64,000 bases of DNA from Thermodesulfobacteriota bacterium (lineage in GTDB: Bacteria > Desulfobacterota > Binatia > Bin18), in assembly GCA_964291405.2 (NCBI GenBank), contig OZ219926.1, positions 3,200,001 to 3,264,000 of the forward strand. The letters are read 5' to 3'. The position numbers were made by a program, and so were the translations under genes. A model generated the notes under the pieces. The model made no database searches and was not told the origin of the DNA. It saw nothing but the letters and a program-made list of their open reading frames with translations. Positions 28,676 through 38,467 of this stretch are shown in pieces; positions within the stretch are counted from its first letter, which is position 1, and every line of letters begins with the position of its first letter.

Positions 28676-30400
28676 TTAGTCTCTGCCGTGGCGCAACAGG
28701 TGGCCCGGGGTTGCACCGGTGCAGTTGCCGTCCTCAAAGGTGACGTCACCGTTCACCATGATCCAACGATAGCCTTCGGCGTACTGAACACGCCGCCACT
28801 CACCACCCGGAAAGTCGTGGACGACCTTTGGCTTCTCTGGAGTAAGCTTCAAGTTCTCAAGATCGTAGACGACCACATCTGCTCGGGCACCTTCTTGCAG
28901 GATGCCGCGATTCTGGAAGCCGGCGCACTGGGCGGGCATACCGCTCAGGCGATAGTGAGCTTCTTCAAGGCTCATAAAGCCAGCGTCGCGTACCATCCAA
29001 GTCAGCAGGTCAGTTGGATAGGCACCAATGGTGATGAACTTGGTATGCGCACCACCGTCTGACACTCCGGCCATACTGTACGGGGAAGACATCAGCTCGG
29101 ACACATAGTCCTGACGGACGTTGCGAGCAGGAGTATAGAATTCGGTTTCCAGATTCTCCTCAACCGCAATGTCGAACATCGCGTCTATGACGTGCTTGTT
29201 CTCCATCTTGGCGACTTCTTCGACCGTCTTGCCAATGAACTTTTCGAACTTCTCGTTCTTCACGGTTTCAACCGTGAAGTCCTTGAGCGATCCGGTCACG
29301 ACCGGCGTATGTCCGGTATCATATTCTGCGACCAAAGCCTGGCGGATGGCAGGGTTTTTGAGCTTTTCAAGCCGTTCGGCTGGCGTGCCCATGGTCACTT
29401 CACGCAGGACATCATTGCCGTCGAACAATCCTGACATATCGGCAAAACTGAAGTACAACCCTTGACGGAATGTCGCGGTCTGGTTGTAGATCTTGCGTCC
29501 GGCTTTGTTGGTCTTTTCCATCCAACGCAGGATACGGCGATGGATACTCGGCCGGTCGTCACGCGTCGCCGTGGCATTAAACAGAATCGGTCGGCCACAC
29601 TCGTCGGCCAAACGATCATAGAATCTCATATCGGCTTCAAAGTCCGGGCTGGATTGGGTGAGCTGGATAAAGCCTTCTCCCCGTTCCCTTAATACCCGGC
29701 CAAAGGCGAGCACGTCTTCGTCCGCCATGGTGTCCGTCACCATGGGTGTGCCGTCGTAGTCGCGCTGGACAGACACAAAGCCATCACCCAAACGCTGGGC
29801 CGAGAATCCACAACCACCAGCGTCCAGTGATTCATTCATAATCTGGCACATGGTCTGCTTTTCTTTGTCTGTGGCCGGACGGCTCTTGGCCGCTTCGAGC
29901 CCCATGGTCCAGATCATAATCGGTGCGATGGGAACAAAGCTCAGGACGTTGATCCCTTTGGGCGTCCGGTCAAGAAAGTCCAGCCATTCGGGGAAGGTCT
30001 CCCATTCCCACTTCATGCCGGCTTTCATGGACTCGTACGGAATGGCTTCGACGCGAGACATGGTCAGCATGGCACGATCACGCATCTCAGGCTTCACCGG
30101 AGCGAAACCAAATCCACAGTTACCGAGCACGATCGAGGTGACCCCGTGCCAGCCAGACAGCGTGACATAGGGGTCCCAGTTAATCTGGGCATCGTAGTGG
30201 GTGTGCAGATCAATAAAGCCCGGCGCAACGACGAGCCCGTTCGCGTCCAGCGTTTTGGCCGCATCGCTCGGGTTGAGCTTGCCGTTCGGCTCGATCTTCG
30301 CGATTTTGCCATCTTTAATTCCAACGTCCCCCATAAAGCGAGGAGTGCGGGAACCATCAACAATGGTGCCGCCTTGGATAAGTACGTCGTATTCGGCCAT
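28676..30400 (-). CDS. N-acyl-D-amino-acid deacylase-like amidohydrolase
   Basis: VAPGFIDLHTHYD, GNCGFGFAP, SDGGAH; AGGAGG RBS before ATG 30400. Confidence 0.9.
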   Translation of the reverse strand: MAEYDVLIQGGTIVDGSRTPRFMGDVGIKDGKIAKIEPNGKLNPSDAAKTLDANGLVVAPGFIDLHTHYDAQINWDPYVTLSGWHGVTSIVLGNCGFGFAPVKPEMRDRAMLTMSRVEAIPYESMKAGMKWEWETFPEWLDFLDRTPKGINVLSFVPIAPIMIWTMGLEAAKSRPATDKEKQTMCQIMNESLDAGGCGFSAQRLGDGFVSVQRDYDGTPMVTDTMADEDVLAFGRVLRERGEGFIQLTQSSPDFEADMRFYDRLADECGRPILFNATATRDDRPSIHRRILRWMEKTNKAGRKIYNQTATFRQGLYFSFADMSGLFDGNDVLREVTMGTPAERLEKLKNPAIRQALVAEYDTGHTPVVTGSLKDFTVETVKNEKFEKFIGKTVEEVAKMENKHVIDAMFDIAVEENLETEFYTPARNVRQDYVSELMSSPYSMAGVSDGGAHTKFITIGAYPTDLLTWMVRDAGFMSLEEAHYRLSGMPAQCAGFQNRGILQEGARADVVVYDLENLKLTPEKPKVVHDFPGGEWRRVQYAEGYRWIMVNGDVTFEDGNCTGATPGHLLRHGRD

Positions 30401-30634
30401 AATATGCCCTCCTATATAGATCGGAAAAATTGAACGCTCACTCAGTCTCCACCGAACCATGCCATAGGCCGACTATGGCTGTCAACAAGACATGGCCTAT
30501 TCTTTGGAGGGTGGCATATCAAGTGTAGACACGAGAGAACTGCCTGCCGTGTTGCTTACTCAAGCGGAAGAGTTGATAATATAAATATCCTAGGCATATT
30601 TTCGGCCAGTGCTAAGTGGAAGGAGGGGTTAGAG

Positions 30635-31246
30635 ATGGGTAAAGTGGATGCACGAAGAGCCGGTGTCGTTCTGGGCCTAATACTGAGCATGGGCCTGACG
30701 ACCATTTGGGTTCAGGCCCAAGAGCAAATACCAGGAGACGCCGCAGCGGCGGCTGAAGCTGCCGCACCGCCGTCCGATCAAGAGGCGGTGGAGGCCGCTG
30801 AGCAGACGGGGCAATCGGAACAAGAACAACAACCGCCAGCCCTGACGCTGGCCCTGGCCGAGCAGTTTCTGGACGCTGCCAAAGCAGAAGCACTCAGGCA
30901 AGGCTGGACCATGAGTTTTGCCGTCGTCGATGTGAGTGGACGACAGGTGGCGCTCATCCGTATGGATGGAGCCCGTTGGATGACGACCCAGGTAGCCCAG
31001 GCAAAGGCTTTTACTGCGGCAACGTTTCGGCGCCCTTCAGCAGCGGTGGAAGAGTTTGCGGAGCAACGCCCGGACTTATTTCAGAGTTTGACTCAGCTGA
31101 TTGATGAACCCATGCTCCTCGCCGGTGGCGGACTGCCGATTATTATTGAGGGTACATTGCTCGGCGGCGTTGGGGCGAGTGGCGGTACTGAGGCTGAGGA
31201 TATAGACTGTGCCCAAGTTGGTCTGGACGCCATAGGGGCGGAGTAA
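30635..31246 (+). CDS. GlcG/HbpS heme-binding family protein with signal peptide
   Basis: FAVVDVSG, RMDGA, AKAFTAA, GGLPI, GVGASGG. Confidence 0.85.
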   Translation: MGKVDARRAGVVLGLILSMGLTTIWVQAQEQIPGDAAAAAEAAAPPSDQEAVEAAEQTGQSEQEQQPPALTLALAEQFLDAAKAEALRQGWTMSFAVVDVSGRQVALIRMDGARWMTTQVAQAKAFTAATFRRPSAAVEEFAEQRPDLFQSLTQLIDEPMLLAGGGLPIIIEGTLLGGVGASGGTEAEDIDCAQVGLDAIGAE

Positions 31247-31249
31247 GGG

Positions 31250-32146
31250 TTATGAGGAGCGGACTTTCACACCTGCCCGCTCCTCTTGCAGTAGGAACAC
31301 CGAGGTCGAGTCGCGCTCACTCCAGCCGCGGGCGAGGGCTTCGATGAATTCCTGCTCCAATAGATTGGCCATTTTCATTGGTACGTCAAACTCCCGTCCC
31401 AAGCTTGTGGCGAGCCCAATGTCTTTACGGGCGAGATGCAAGGCAAAGCGGACGGTATCAAAGTCGCCTTTGAATATGCGTTGTGGCAGGGTGTGGTTCA
31501 GGGTGAGTCCCTGACCCATAGCGCCGTCCGCAATGGCGCGACGGAGCGCCTCGGGCGCAACCCCGGCCTTCACGCCGACAGTCAGTCCCTCCGCCAGGAG
31601 GGCGCGAAACCCGTTACTGACCATATTATGGACAATCTTGGCAATCAGACCACAGCCGATCCCGCCGACGTAGGATACCTTGTTGCCAATCACGTCGAGG
31701 ACGGGTTTGGCCCGCTCATAGATGGCGGGGGCACCGCCGACCATGACCGCCAGCGTGGCGGACTGGGCTCCGACCGGCCCGCCGCTGACCGGGGCATCAA
31801 GGACATGGACGTTTTGCTCCTGGTAGGCGGCGTGAATCTCTCGAATGAGGGTCGGCGAGCTGGTCGAGAGGTCGATATAGACGGAGTTGGGGTACGACCC
31901 GCGAAGGATTCCTTCTTCCCCTAAAGCGACCGCTTCAACCTCAGTCGGGCCTGGCAGCGAGGTGAAGGTGATCTCGCTGCCAGCCGCAACGGCTTTGGGG
32001 CTGGCAGCCCACTTGGCCCCGTGCTCAAGCTGGGTCTGGGCCGCTTCTTGACGCAGGTCGTGTACGGTCACCTCGTGTCCAGCCGCAATGATATGTGAGG
32101 CCATCGGGCCACCCATATTACCCAAGCCGATAAATCCCACTCGCAT
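31250..32146 (-). CDS. 3-hydroxyisobutyrate dehydrogenase-family NAD(P) oxidoreductase
   Basis: [28 protein letters not shown]. Confidence 0.9.
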   Translation of the reverse strand: MRVGFIGLGNMGGPMASHIIAAGHEVTVHDLRQEAAQTQLEHGAKWAASPKAVAAGSEITFTSLPGPTEVEAVALGEEGILRGSYPNSVYIDLSTSSPTLIREIHAAYQEQNVHVLDAPVSGGPVGAQSATLAVMVGGAPAIYERAKPVLDVIGNKVSYVGGIGCGLIAKIVHNMVSNGFRALLAEGLTVGVKAGVAPEALRRAIADGAMGQGLTLNHTLPQRIFKGDFDTVRFALHLARKDIGLATSLGREFDVPMKMANLLEQEFIEALARGWSERDSTSVFLLQEERAGVKVRSS

Positions 32147-32174
32147 GTCCTTGCCTCCGTTTGCAATTTCGAGA

Positions 32175-33077
32175 CTAGGCTTTCGGTGCTCGTACAGTTA
32201 CGCCAGAACGTTCTTCTTGTAGCGCGAACGGAGCGGTCGAGTCGCGCTCTGCCCAGCCGCGTGCCAGACCTTCGATGAATTCCTGCTCCACGATACTGGC
32301 GACTTTGAGTGGCACCTCACACTCACGACCCAGTTCGGTGGCCAAGCCCAAGTCTTTGCGTGCCCCCCGCAGCGCGAAGCGAACAGTGTCGTAGTCGCCT
32401 TTGAAGATGACTTCGGGAACCATATAGTTCAGCATCAACCCCTGACCTACCGCCCCATCGGCAACGGCCTTAAGTAACGCTTGGGGTTCAACTCCAGCTT
32501 TGACCCCAAGAGTGAACCCCTCGGCCAGGAGAGACTGGAAGCAGATACCAATCATATTGTGAACGATTTTGGCAATCTCACCGCACCCGATTCCGCCCAG
32601 GTAAGAGACCTTATCGCCAATCGCGTCAAGAACCGGTTTGACTCGCTCATAGATGGCGTGGTCACCGCCAACCATGACCGCCAGCGTGGCGGCTTGGGCA
32701 CCGACCGGCCCACCGCTGACGGGCGCGTCTAACACGTGGACTTTTTTCTCTTGATATACAGCTTGGATTGCCCGGATGAGGGTCGGTGAACTCGTTGACA
32801 GGTCGATGTAGACCGAGTCCGGTTGTGCGCCTTGGAGAATGCCGCCCTCGCCCAGTGCCACCGCCTCAACCTCTTTCGGGCCTGGCAGAGAAGTAAAAGT
32901 AATTTCACTGCTGGCGGCAACCGCGCGCGGGCTATCGACCCACTCGGCTCCGTGCTGTAAGTGGGGCTGCGCTGCTTCGCGCCGGACATCATACACGGTG
33001 ACGTCATGTCCGGCCGCAATGATATGCGAGGCCATCGGGCCGCCCATATTGCCGAGTCCAATAAATCCTATGCGCAT
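32175..33077 (-). CDS. 3-hydroxyisobutyrate dehydrogenase-family oxidoreductase (tandem paralog)
   Basis: Same motifs as the neighbour; AGGAGG RBS before ATG 33077. Confidence 0.9.
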   Translation of the reverse strand: MRIGFIGLGNMGGPMASHIIAAGHDVTVYDVRREAAQPHLQHGAEWVDSPRAVAASSEITFTSLPGPKEVEAVALGEGGILQGAQPDSVYIDLSTSSPTLIRAIQAVYQEKKVHVLDAPVSGGPVGAQAATLAVMVGGDHAIYERVKPVLDAIGDKVSYLGGIGCGEIAKIVHNMIGICFQSLLAEGFTLGVKAGVEPQALLKAVADGAVGQGLMLNYMVPEVIFKGDYDTVRFALRGARKDLGLATELGRECEVPLKVASIVEQEFIEGLARGWAERDSTAPFALQEERSGVTVRAPKA

Positions 33078-33161
33078 GTGATTCCTCCTTTTTGTAAGAG
33101 GGAAGCCCGCCGCCTTCTCCGAGCCGCCTCCCAAGTGAGCTCCGTGGTTGAGGCCCAGCAG

Positions 33162-33584
33162 TCAGGTTTGCTTCGTCCCTACGAGATGGAATTTTGGTAA
33201 CGTAATTTCCGGCGTCACATCATCAAAGGTGACTTCAACCCGCAGACCACAGCCAAGGGCGTCATTCTCGCAATCAACGACTTGGCTAATAATCTGGAGT
33301 CCTTCGTCCAGATCAATAAGCGCGACGTTGTAGGGGATGTCGTCGGCAAAGCCGGGGTGCCATTGCTGATGGTAAATGCCATACGAGTAAATGCTGCCCT
33401 TGCCGCTGAGTTGAACCCAGGCTTGATCCGGGCTGAGACAGTTCGTACAAGCCGGCCCAGGTGGCAAGTGGATATAGCTGCAGGCCGTGCAGCGTTGGGC
33501 AACGAACTCATGGCGTTTGGCGGCTTGCCAATACGGTTCGTTCCATTTTTCGATCACGGGCAGGGGCTTGTTATAGTCGGGCAT
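33162..33584 (-). CDS. DUF35/ChsH2-like Zn-ribbon + OB-fold protein
   Basis: QRCTAC...PACTNC, SGKGSIYSY, PYNVALIDLDEG. Confidence 0.9.
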   Translation of the reverse strand: MPDYNKPLPVIEKWNEPYWQAAKRHEFVAQRCTACSYIHLPPGPACTNCLSPDQAWVQLSGKGSIYSYGIYHQQWHPGFADDIPYNVALIDLDEGLQIISQVVDCENDALGCGLRVEVTFDDVTPEITLPKFHLVGTKQT

Positions 33585-33599
33585 GGATCTTTCTCCGGT

Positions 33600-34736
33600 T
33601 TAGCTTCGTAAAATCAATGCGCCGGCATGTTCACGCAAGCCGCCGGTGTACGTACACATGAGGAGTTCCACATCCTTGATCTGCCGCGCGCCGCATTCTC
33701 CTCGCAACTGCCGTACGGCGTCACAGGTGTTTTGCCAGCCGACCATATAGGTTTCAGACAATTGCCCCCCGTTGACGTTCAGCGGGAGTTCGCCGCCCAG
33801 AGCGATACGCCCGTCTTGAATCCAGCGTCCTGATTCACCCCGCGGACAAAATCCGTAATTCTCTAAGGCTGCGATCACTGCCGGGCTGTACGCATCTTGG
33901 ACATATAATGCTTGCATGTCCTGTGGCGTGCAGCCAGCCATATCAAAGACCATCTTGGCGACCGCTTCCTGCTGGAAACTCTGCATCACCAGGTTGGGCG
34001 TTTCATACGCGCGAAAAGCCTCCTGGCGACCCATCCCCCGAATATAGACCGGTGGCTTTCTCAGGTCTGCAGCGCGGTCTGCCGTTGTCAGGATAAAGGC
34101 GTGCCCGCCGTCGGTGATATAGCAATAGTCAAATAATCTGAGGGGCTCCACAATGTAACGGGCACTCATATAATCGTCGAGCGTGATCGGTGTTTGCTGG
34201 ACGGCTTTGGGGTTCAGCCTGGCATGCGCGCGCTGATTAATCGCAATCGTGGCGAGCTGCTCCTCGGTTGTCCCGTACAAATGCATGTGACGCCGAAAGG
34301 CAAATGCAAACGGTCCGGATGGATTAAAGGCGCCGTAGGGTGCGTGTTCTTCGAGCAGGGCCCCACCGAATCTATTCCGATTCGTCTTCTGGTTCGTGCC
34401 GTACACCAGCAGAATGTAATTGGCCATGCCGGCGTTGAGCAGCAGGGCGGCGTGCTGAATCATATAACAGCCTGTTGCCCCCGATGCCTCGACCGCGCCA
34501 CCGACCCTGGGATTGAGACCGAGCATCAGCCCAACTTTGAGATAATCGCCTTGCCTACCATAGCTGGGCTGAACAAATAAACCGTCAATATCGTCTTTTT
34601 TCAGACCACAATCTTCTAACGCTGCCCGCGCCGCCTCTATGGCCAACTCGTCGCCAGTCTTGTCCGGGACCGCGCCTTGTCTGGTATCACCCACACCAAC
34701 AATGCAGACAGTGTCACACAGCTCCTGGAGCCCCAT
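33600..34736 (-). CDS. Thiolase-fold protein of SCP-x/Ltp2 (aldolase-like) type
   Basis: IVGVG, HARLNPKA, EPLRLFDYCYITDGG, NVNGGQLSETY; no Cys at the usual nucleophile loop (EASGATG). Confidence 0.85.
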   Translation of the reverse strand: MGLQELCDTVCIVGVGDTRQGAVPDKTGDELAIEAARAALEDCGLKKDDIDGLFVQPSYGRQGDYLKVGLMLGLNPRVGGAVEASGATGCYMIQHAALLLNAGMANYILLVYGTNQKTNRNRFGGALLEEHAPYGAFNPSGPFAFAFRRHMHLYGTTEEQLATIAINQRAHARLNPKAVQQTPITLDDYMSARYIVEPLRLFDYCYITDGGHAFILTTADRAADLRKPPVYIRGMGRQEAFRAYETPNLVMQSFQQEAVAKMVFDMAGCTPQDMQALYVQDAYSPAVIAALENYGFCPRGESGRWIQDGRIALGGELPLNVNGGQLSETYMVGWQNTCDAVRQLRGECGARQIKDVELLMCTYTGGLREHAGALILRS

Positions 34737-34863
34737 ACGTTGACCCTCCGGCTCGGAGCGTAGTCGAAGTCTGGGGGAGGGTGCAAGGCGTGTGACGCTC
34801 GGACGCTTGACGAAAGCGGACACGGACGGATAAGGCAGGAAGGTCACTCAGGAGGACTTAGTA

Positions 34864-36066
34864 ATGAAAACAATGATTCAAATGGTTCCCTCAATGCCGG
34901 TGCGCTCTAACGAAGAACGGCGTGAGTTGCGCCCTGTCGGACGCAACGTTGAGCGTTATGCCCAGATCGTTGACGGCATGGTCGATATCGTGAAAGCCGC
35001 GGACGAGCTTGGCTATTGGGGTATGAGTTTTATTGAGCATCATTTCCACTCTGAGGGATTTGAGATGCTGCCCACTCCCGGACTGATGAACGCCTGGCTG
35101 GGCCCGTATGCCAAACAGATGCGGATGGGGCAGTTAGGCTATGTCATGGGCACGCAAAATCCGTTGCGCGTCGCCGAAGAGACCGCGGTGCTGGATCATA
35201 TTCTCAAAGGGCGGTTCTTTGTCGGCTTTGCCCGAGGCTATCAGGCGCGTTGGGTCAGAACGCTCGGGCAGCAGTACAACACGCTGCCGACCCTGTCGAA
35301 CCGCGAGTCCGAGCAACAGGCCACGGCTGACGACGTCAACCAACAAATATTTCGTGAGATGGTTACCATTGTCAAAAAAGCCTGGACCGAACCGAGCTTT
35401 TCGTACAATGGCGAGTTCTTCAAAGTACCGTTCCCGCACGAAGGCATCGAAGACTATCCGGCCTATCCGTGTGCCCGGGAGTATGGCGCGCCCGGAGAGA
35501 TTGACGAGCACAACCGCGTCAGTCAGATCAGCGTGGTGCCGGCGCCCTACCAACGGCCACATCCACCCGTCTTTATTAGTTCGTCGGGCAGTGCGGACTC
35601 GGCGCGTTGGTCGGGTGAGCAGGACTTTACCTGTTGCTATTTTGCGCCCATGGCCGGGGCACGTATTCAGGACGCCGCCTACCGGGAAGGCGCGGCCCAG
35701 CGTGGGCAGACACTCAGCCCCGGACAGGGGCAAGGCTTGTTGCGCTTCCTGTATGTCGGCAAGACACGAGAAGCAGCCTACGAAAAAGTGGAAAAATGCA
35801 TCGTGCCGTTTTTCTCGGAATTTGCCTCACACTTCTTTCCGGTTTTACTCAGCGAAGGCAGCGGGTCCATGCTTGAGCGGGTACTCAACACGGGGCTGAT
35901 CGTGGCCGGCACGGTCGATGATGTCAAACGCCAGGTCGCCGAGGTCTATGAGGAGATTCCGTTCGAGTATTTTTCCCTGGTCGCCTACAACGGTCTCGAA
36001 CCCCAAGACCAACTCCTCGAAGACATTGAGCTGTTTGCCACTAAGGTCGCCCCGGCGTTTGCGTAA
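34864..36066 (+). CDS. Luciferase-like (LLM) flavin-dependent oxidoreductase
   Basis: EHHFHSEG, NPLRVAEE, GFARGYQ, PAPYQRPHPP. Confidence 0.9.
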   Translation: MKTMIQMVPSMPVRSNEERRELRPVGRNVERYAQIVDGMVDIVKAADELGYWGMSFIEHHFHSEGFEMLPTPGLMNAWLGPYAKQMRMGQLGYVMGTQNPLRVAEETAVLDHILKGRFFVGFARGYQARWVRTLGQQYNTLPTLSNRESEQQATADDVNQQIFREMVTIVKKAWTEPSFSYNGEFFKVPFPHEGIEDYPAYPCAREYGAPGEIDEHNRVSQISVVPAPYQRPHPPVFISSSGSADSARWSGEQDFTCCYFAPMAGARIQDAAYREGAAQRGQTLSPGQGQGLLRFLYVGKTREAAYEKVEKCIVPFFSEFASHFFPVLLSEGSGSMLERVLNTGLIVAGTVDDVKRQVAEVYEEIPFEYFSLVAYNGLEPQDQLLEDIELFATKVAPAFA

Positions 36067-36072
36067 TATCCT

Positions 36073-37146
36073 ATCAGGTCTCTGCGCTTCCACTTCAGTG
36101 AAGAAGGAGAAAGCGTTACCATGAAGCCTATCGGTCGGCTTCTCATCTGTATCGTCTTGTTGTGGGCCTGTGTGGGGGTAGGTCCCGTTACGGCAGAGGA
36201 CGTTGATATCGAAAACTGTTTCAGGACTGATCTGACACCCGCAACTCGGTTCGTTGCCTGCCGAGCGGCCGCTGAAGCCGGAAACGTGGATGCGCAGTCC
36301 AATCTCGGCTACATGTATAACGTCGGCCAAGGAGTCCCGCAGGATTATACTGAGGCGGTGCAATGGTATCGCCGAGCTGCTGAAGCCGGAGACGCGGCCG
36401 CGCAGAATAATCTCGGTATCATGTACCATGAGGGCCAAGGTATTACGCAGGACTATACCGAGGCGGCGAAATGGTATCGTCGAGCCGCTGAACAGGGACT
36501 CCCTATCGCGCAGAATAAGCTCGGCCACATGTACTCCGTGGGTCAAGGGGTCCCGGAGGATGATGCTGAGGCGGTGCAATGGTATCGCCGGGCTGCTGAG
36601 CAGGACTACGCGGATGCGCAGTTCAATCTCGGCTACATGTACAACGTCGGCCGAGGGGTCTCGCAGGATTACACCGAGGCGGTGCAATGGTATCGCCGGG
36701 CCGCCGAACAGGGCAATACTGTCGCACAGGCCAATCTCGGCCGCCTCTACGGGAGTGGTCAGGGAGTTTCGCAGGATTACACTTTGGCTCATATGTGGCT
36801 CAATCTCGCTGGGACGAATTTGGAAGATGCGCGTGAACTGCGCGATACCGTTGCAAAGCAAATGACCCCGGCCCAGATCGCCGAAGCCCAGCGCTTGGCA
36901 CGTGAGTGGAACGAGGCGCATAGGGCAGGGACGGATGGTGTGAGTGAAGACCCAGGAACGGAGAACGAGTAAAAACAGAGACCGGGATACATCTAAGGAG
37001 TGGGGAATAAGCAAAAACAAGAAAGGGTATGGGGTGGTGGTCGGTCAGTATCGTAGGTCGGCCGCACGGAGGCAGCCGACCAGAGCTGTGCCGGAGTTTG
37101 TGTAACCTTCATCAGGTCTCTGCGTTTCTAAGTCGGTGAAGGTGGA
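36073..37146 (+). repeat. Degenerate 36-bp direct repeat pair (36073-36108 and 37111-37146) flanking the Sel1 gene
   Basis: ATCAGGTCTCTGCGcTTCcActTCaGTGAAGaaGGA vs ATCAGGTCTCTGCGtTTCtAagTCgGTGAAGgtGGA; 29/36 identical, first 14 exact. Confidence 0.65.
36121..36972 (+). CDS. Secreted Sel1-repeat protein
   Basis: Signal peptide and about five 36-aa repeats AQxNLGxMYxxGQGVxQDYTEAVQWYRRAAE; ends MTPAQIAEAQRLAREW. Confidence 0.92.
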   Translation: MKPIGRLLICIVLLWACVGVGPVTAEDVDIENCFRTDLTPATRFVACRAAAEAGNVDAQSNLGYMYNVGQGVPQDYTEAVQWYRRAAEAGDAAAQNNLGIMYHEGQGITQDYTEAAKWYRRAAEQGLPIAQNKLGHMYSVGQGVPEDDAEAVQWYRRAAEQDYADAQFNLGYMYNVGRGVSQDYTEAVQWYRRAAEQGNTVAQANLGRLYGSGQGVSQDYTLAHMWLNLAGTNLEDARELRDTVAKQMTPAQIAEAQRLAREWNEAHRAGTDGVSEDPGTENE

Positions 37147-37224
37147 CTTTGACACCACTATCCGAAGGGTACGAGAAACCTTTAATTGGGAGTTGAAAAT
37201 CTTAAAAACAGGGAGGATCAGACT

Positions 37225-37536
37225 ATGGTGTATGAGATGCGTGTGTATACGCTGCAACCGGGTAAGGTGCCGGAGTTTCAGGCGCTCATAGAAGAAGAAG
37301 GGCTGCCGGTTATCAGCAAATACTCCAAACTGGTCGGCTGGTGGTCAACCGAGGTCGGTCCGTTAAACGAGGTCGTCCACATTTGGGCCTATGAGGACAT
37401 GAATCATCGAGCGCAAGCCCGGGCAGCCCAGGCAGCAGACCCTCAGATGCAAGCGTTCCGTCCCAAGGCACAAGGCATGGTTGTCAGCCAGTACAACAAA
37501 ATTCTGACCCCGGCCAGCTTCTCGCCCCTACAGTAG
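37225..37536 (+). CDS. NIPSNAP family protein
   Basis: YEMRVYTLQPGKV, EVGPLNEVVHIWAY, PASFSPL. Confidence 0.9.
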   Translation: MVYEMRVYTLQPGKVPEFQALIEEEGLPVISKYSKLVGWWSTEVGPLNEVVHIWAYEDMNHRAQARAAQAADPQMQAFRPKAQGMVVSQYNKILTPASFSPLQ

Positions 37537-37545
37537 TACTGAGAA

Positions 37546-37568
37546 CGGCCAGGGCATTGCCCTGGCCG
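37546..37568. terminator. GC-rich hairpin between convergent genes
   Basis: CGGCCAGGGCA-T-TGCCCTGGCCG perfect inverted repeat; no clear U tract. Confidence 0.5.
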
Positions 37569-37634
37569 CCTTACATATAACGCTGGAGAATGTGTTGCAG
37601 ACGATAGTCTGTCAGCATAGGTGGAGAAAAGCGT

Positions 37635-38438
37635 TCAATCGGTCAGGCTCGCAATAAACCCGAGCGTTGCCGCCGCACATTCTTGCGGTAGCGCCGCCGC
37701 GAGATGATAGGCCGCGCTGGGGAGAACCAAAAGCTGAGAGTTCGGAATACGCGTCTGCCAGTCACGCACGGTTTCGACCGAAGCTAGCGCGCTCCGGTCG
37801 CTGGTGATTACCAGGGTTGGGGACTGGATCTGGGGCAGCAGGGCAGTGATGTCCATGTTTCCGACATAGCGAAAGATTCCGGCCATCACCTCGGGTGACG
37901 CCTTGCCCATGGCGCTAATCCACCATTCCTTCATCGCCGGGCTCACATTGCCCAAACGACGATCCATTGTACTGCGTGCCCAGGCTTCGACCCCGTCCTG
38001 TTGGACCTGCGTGAGCCAGGCGTCCGGGTTGAGCGCACTTTTGGAGAGCGTCGCCGGTCCACCAATGACGGTCAGGCTTCTAACACGCTCGGGATAGTCA
38101 TGCGCGAATTGCATGACGACGCTTCCACCGACGCGCTGTCCCACCACGTGAACGGCCGCAATCTCCAGCCGATCGAGCAGAGTCCGGAGGTCTTGGGCAA
38201 AGCCCTGCAGAGACCAGCCATAGTCCGCCGGCGGAATAGAAGAATACCCAAAACCTCTCAGGTCCGGCCGCAGCACCCGAAATTGCCGGGCCAGACGTGG
38301 CACCCAGGCGAACCAGGCCTGGCTCGTATCGGCAACGCCGTGTACGAGGAGAATGGTTTCCGGGACGGTCCAGGGGTCAGTAAAATCGTCGAGTTCGTAG
38401 TACAGATCGAGGGACTCATCGATACGCAGCGTTGGCAT
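37635..38438 (-). CDS. Alpha/beta hydrolase fold protein with atypical nucleophile elbow
   Basis: LLVHG, RPDLRGFGYS, HVVGQRVGG, PTLVI, AYH. Confidence 0.85.
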   Translation of the reverse strand: MPTLRIDESLDLYYELDDFTDPWTVPETILLVHGVADTSQAWFAWVPRLARQFRVLRPDLRGFGYSSIPPADYGWSLQGFAQDLRTLLDRLEIAAVHVVGQRVGGSVVMQFAHDYPERVRSLTVIGGPATLSKSALNPDAWLTQVQQDGVEAWARSTMDRRLGNVSPAMKEWWISAMGKASPEVMAGIFRYVGNMDITALLPQIQSPTLVITSDRSALASVETVRDWQTRIPNSQLLVLPSAAYHLAAALPQECAAATLGFIASLTD

Positions 38439-38467
38439 GCTGTCCTCACGAATCGAGCCGATAGCCG

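Noticed and set aside
32155-32169. 15-nt exact match (CTCCGTTTGCAATTT) to the inner part of the MITE left TIR
   Set aside because: Lacks the terminal GGTAGTGT and a partner end, and overlaps the ribosome-binding site of the downstream gene. Chance or an unprovable scar.
36290-36800. 108-nt periodic repeats as CRISPR or VNTR
   Set aside because: Fully explained by coding Sel1 repeats.
35845-37020. 391-aa repetitive minus-strand ORF
   Set aside because: Mirror of the Sel1 repeats on the opposite strand.
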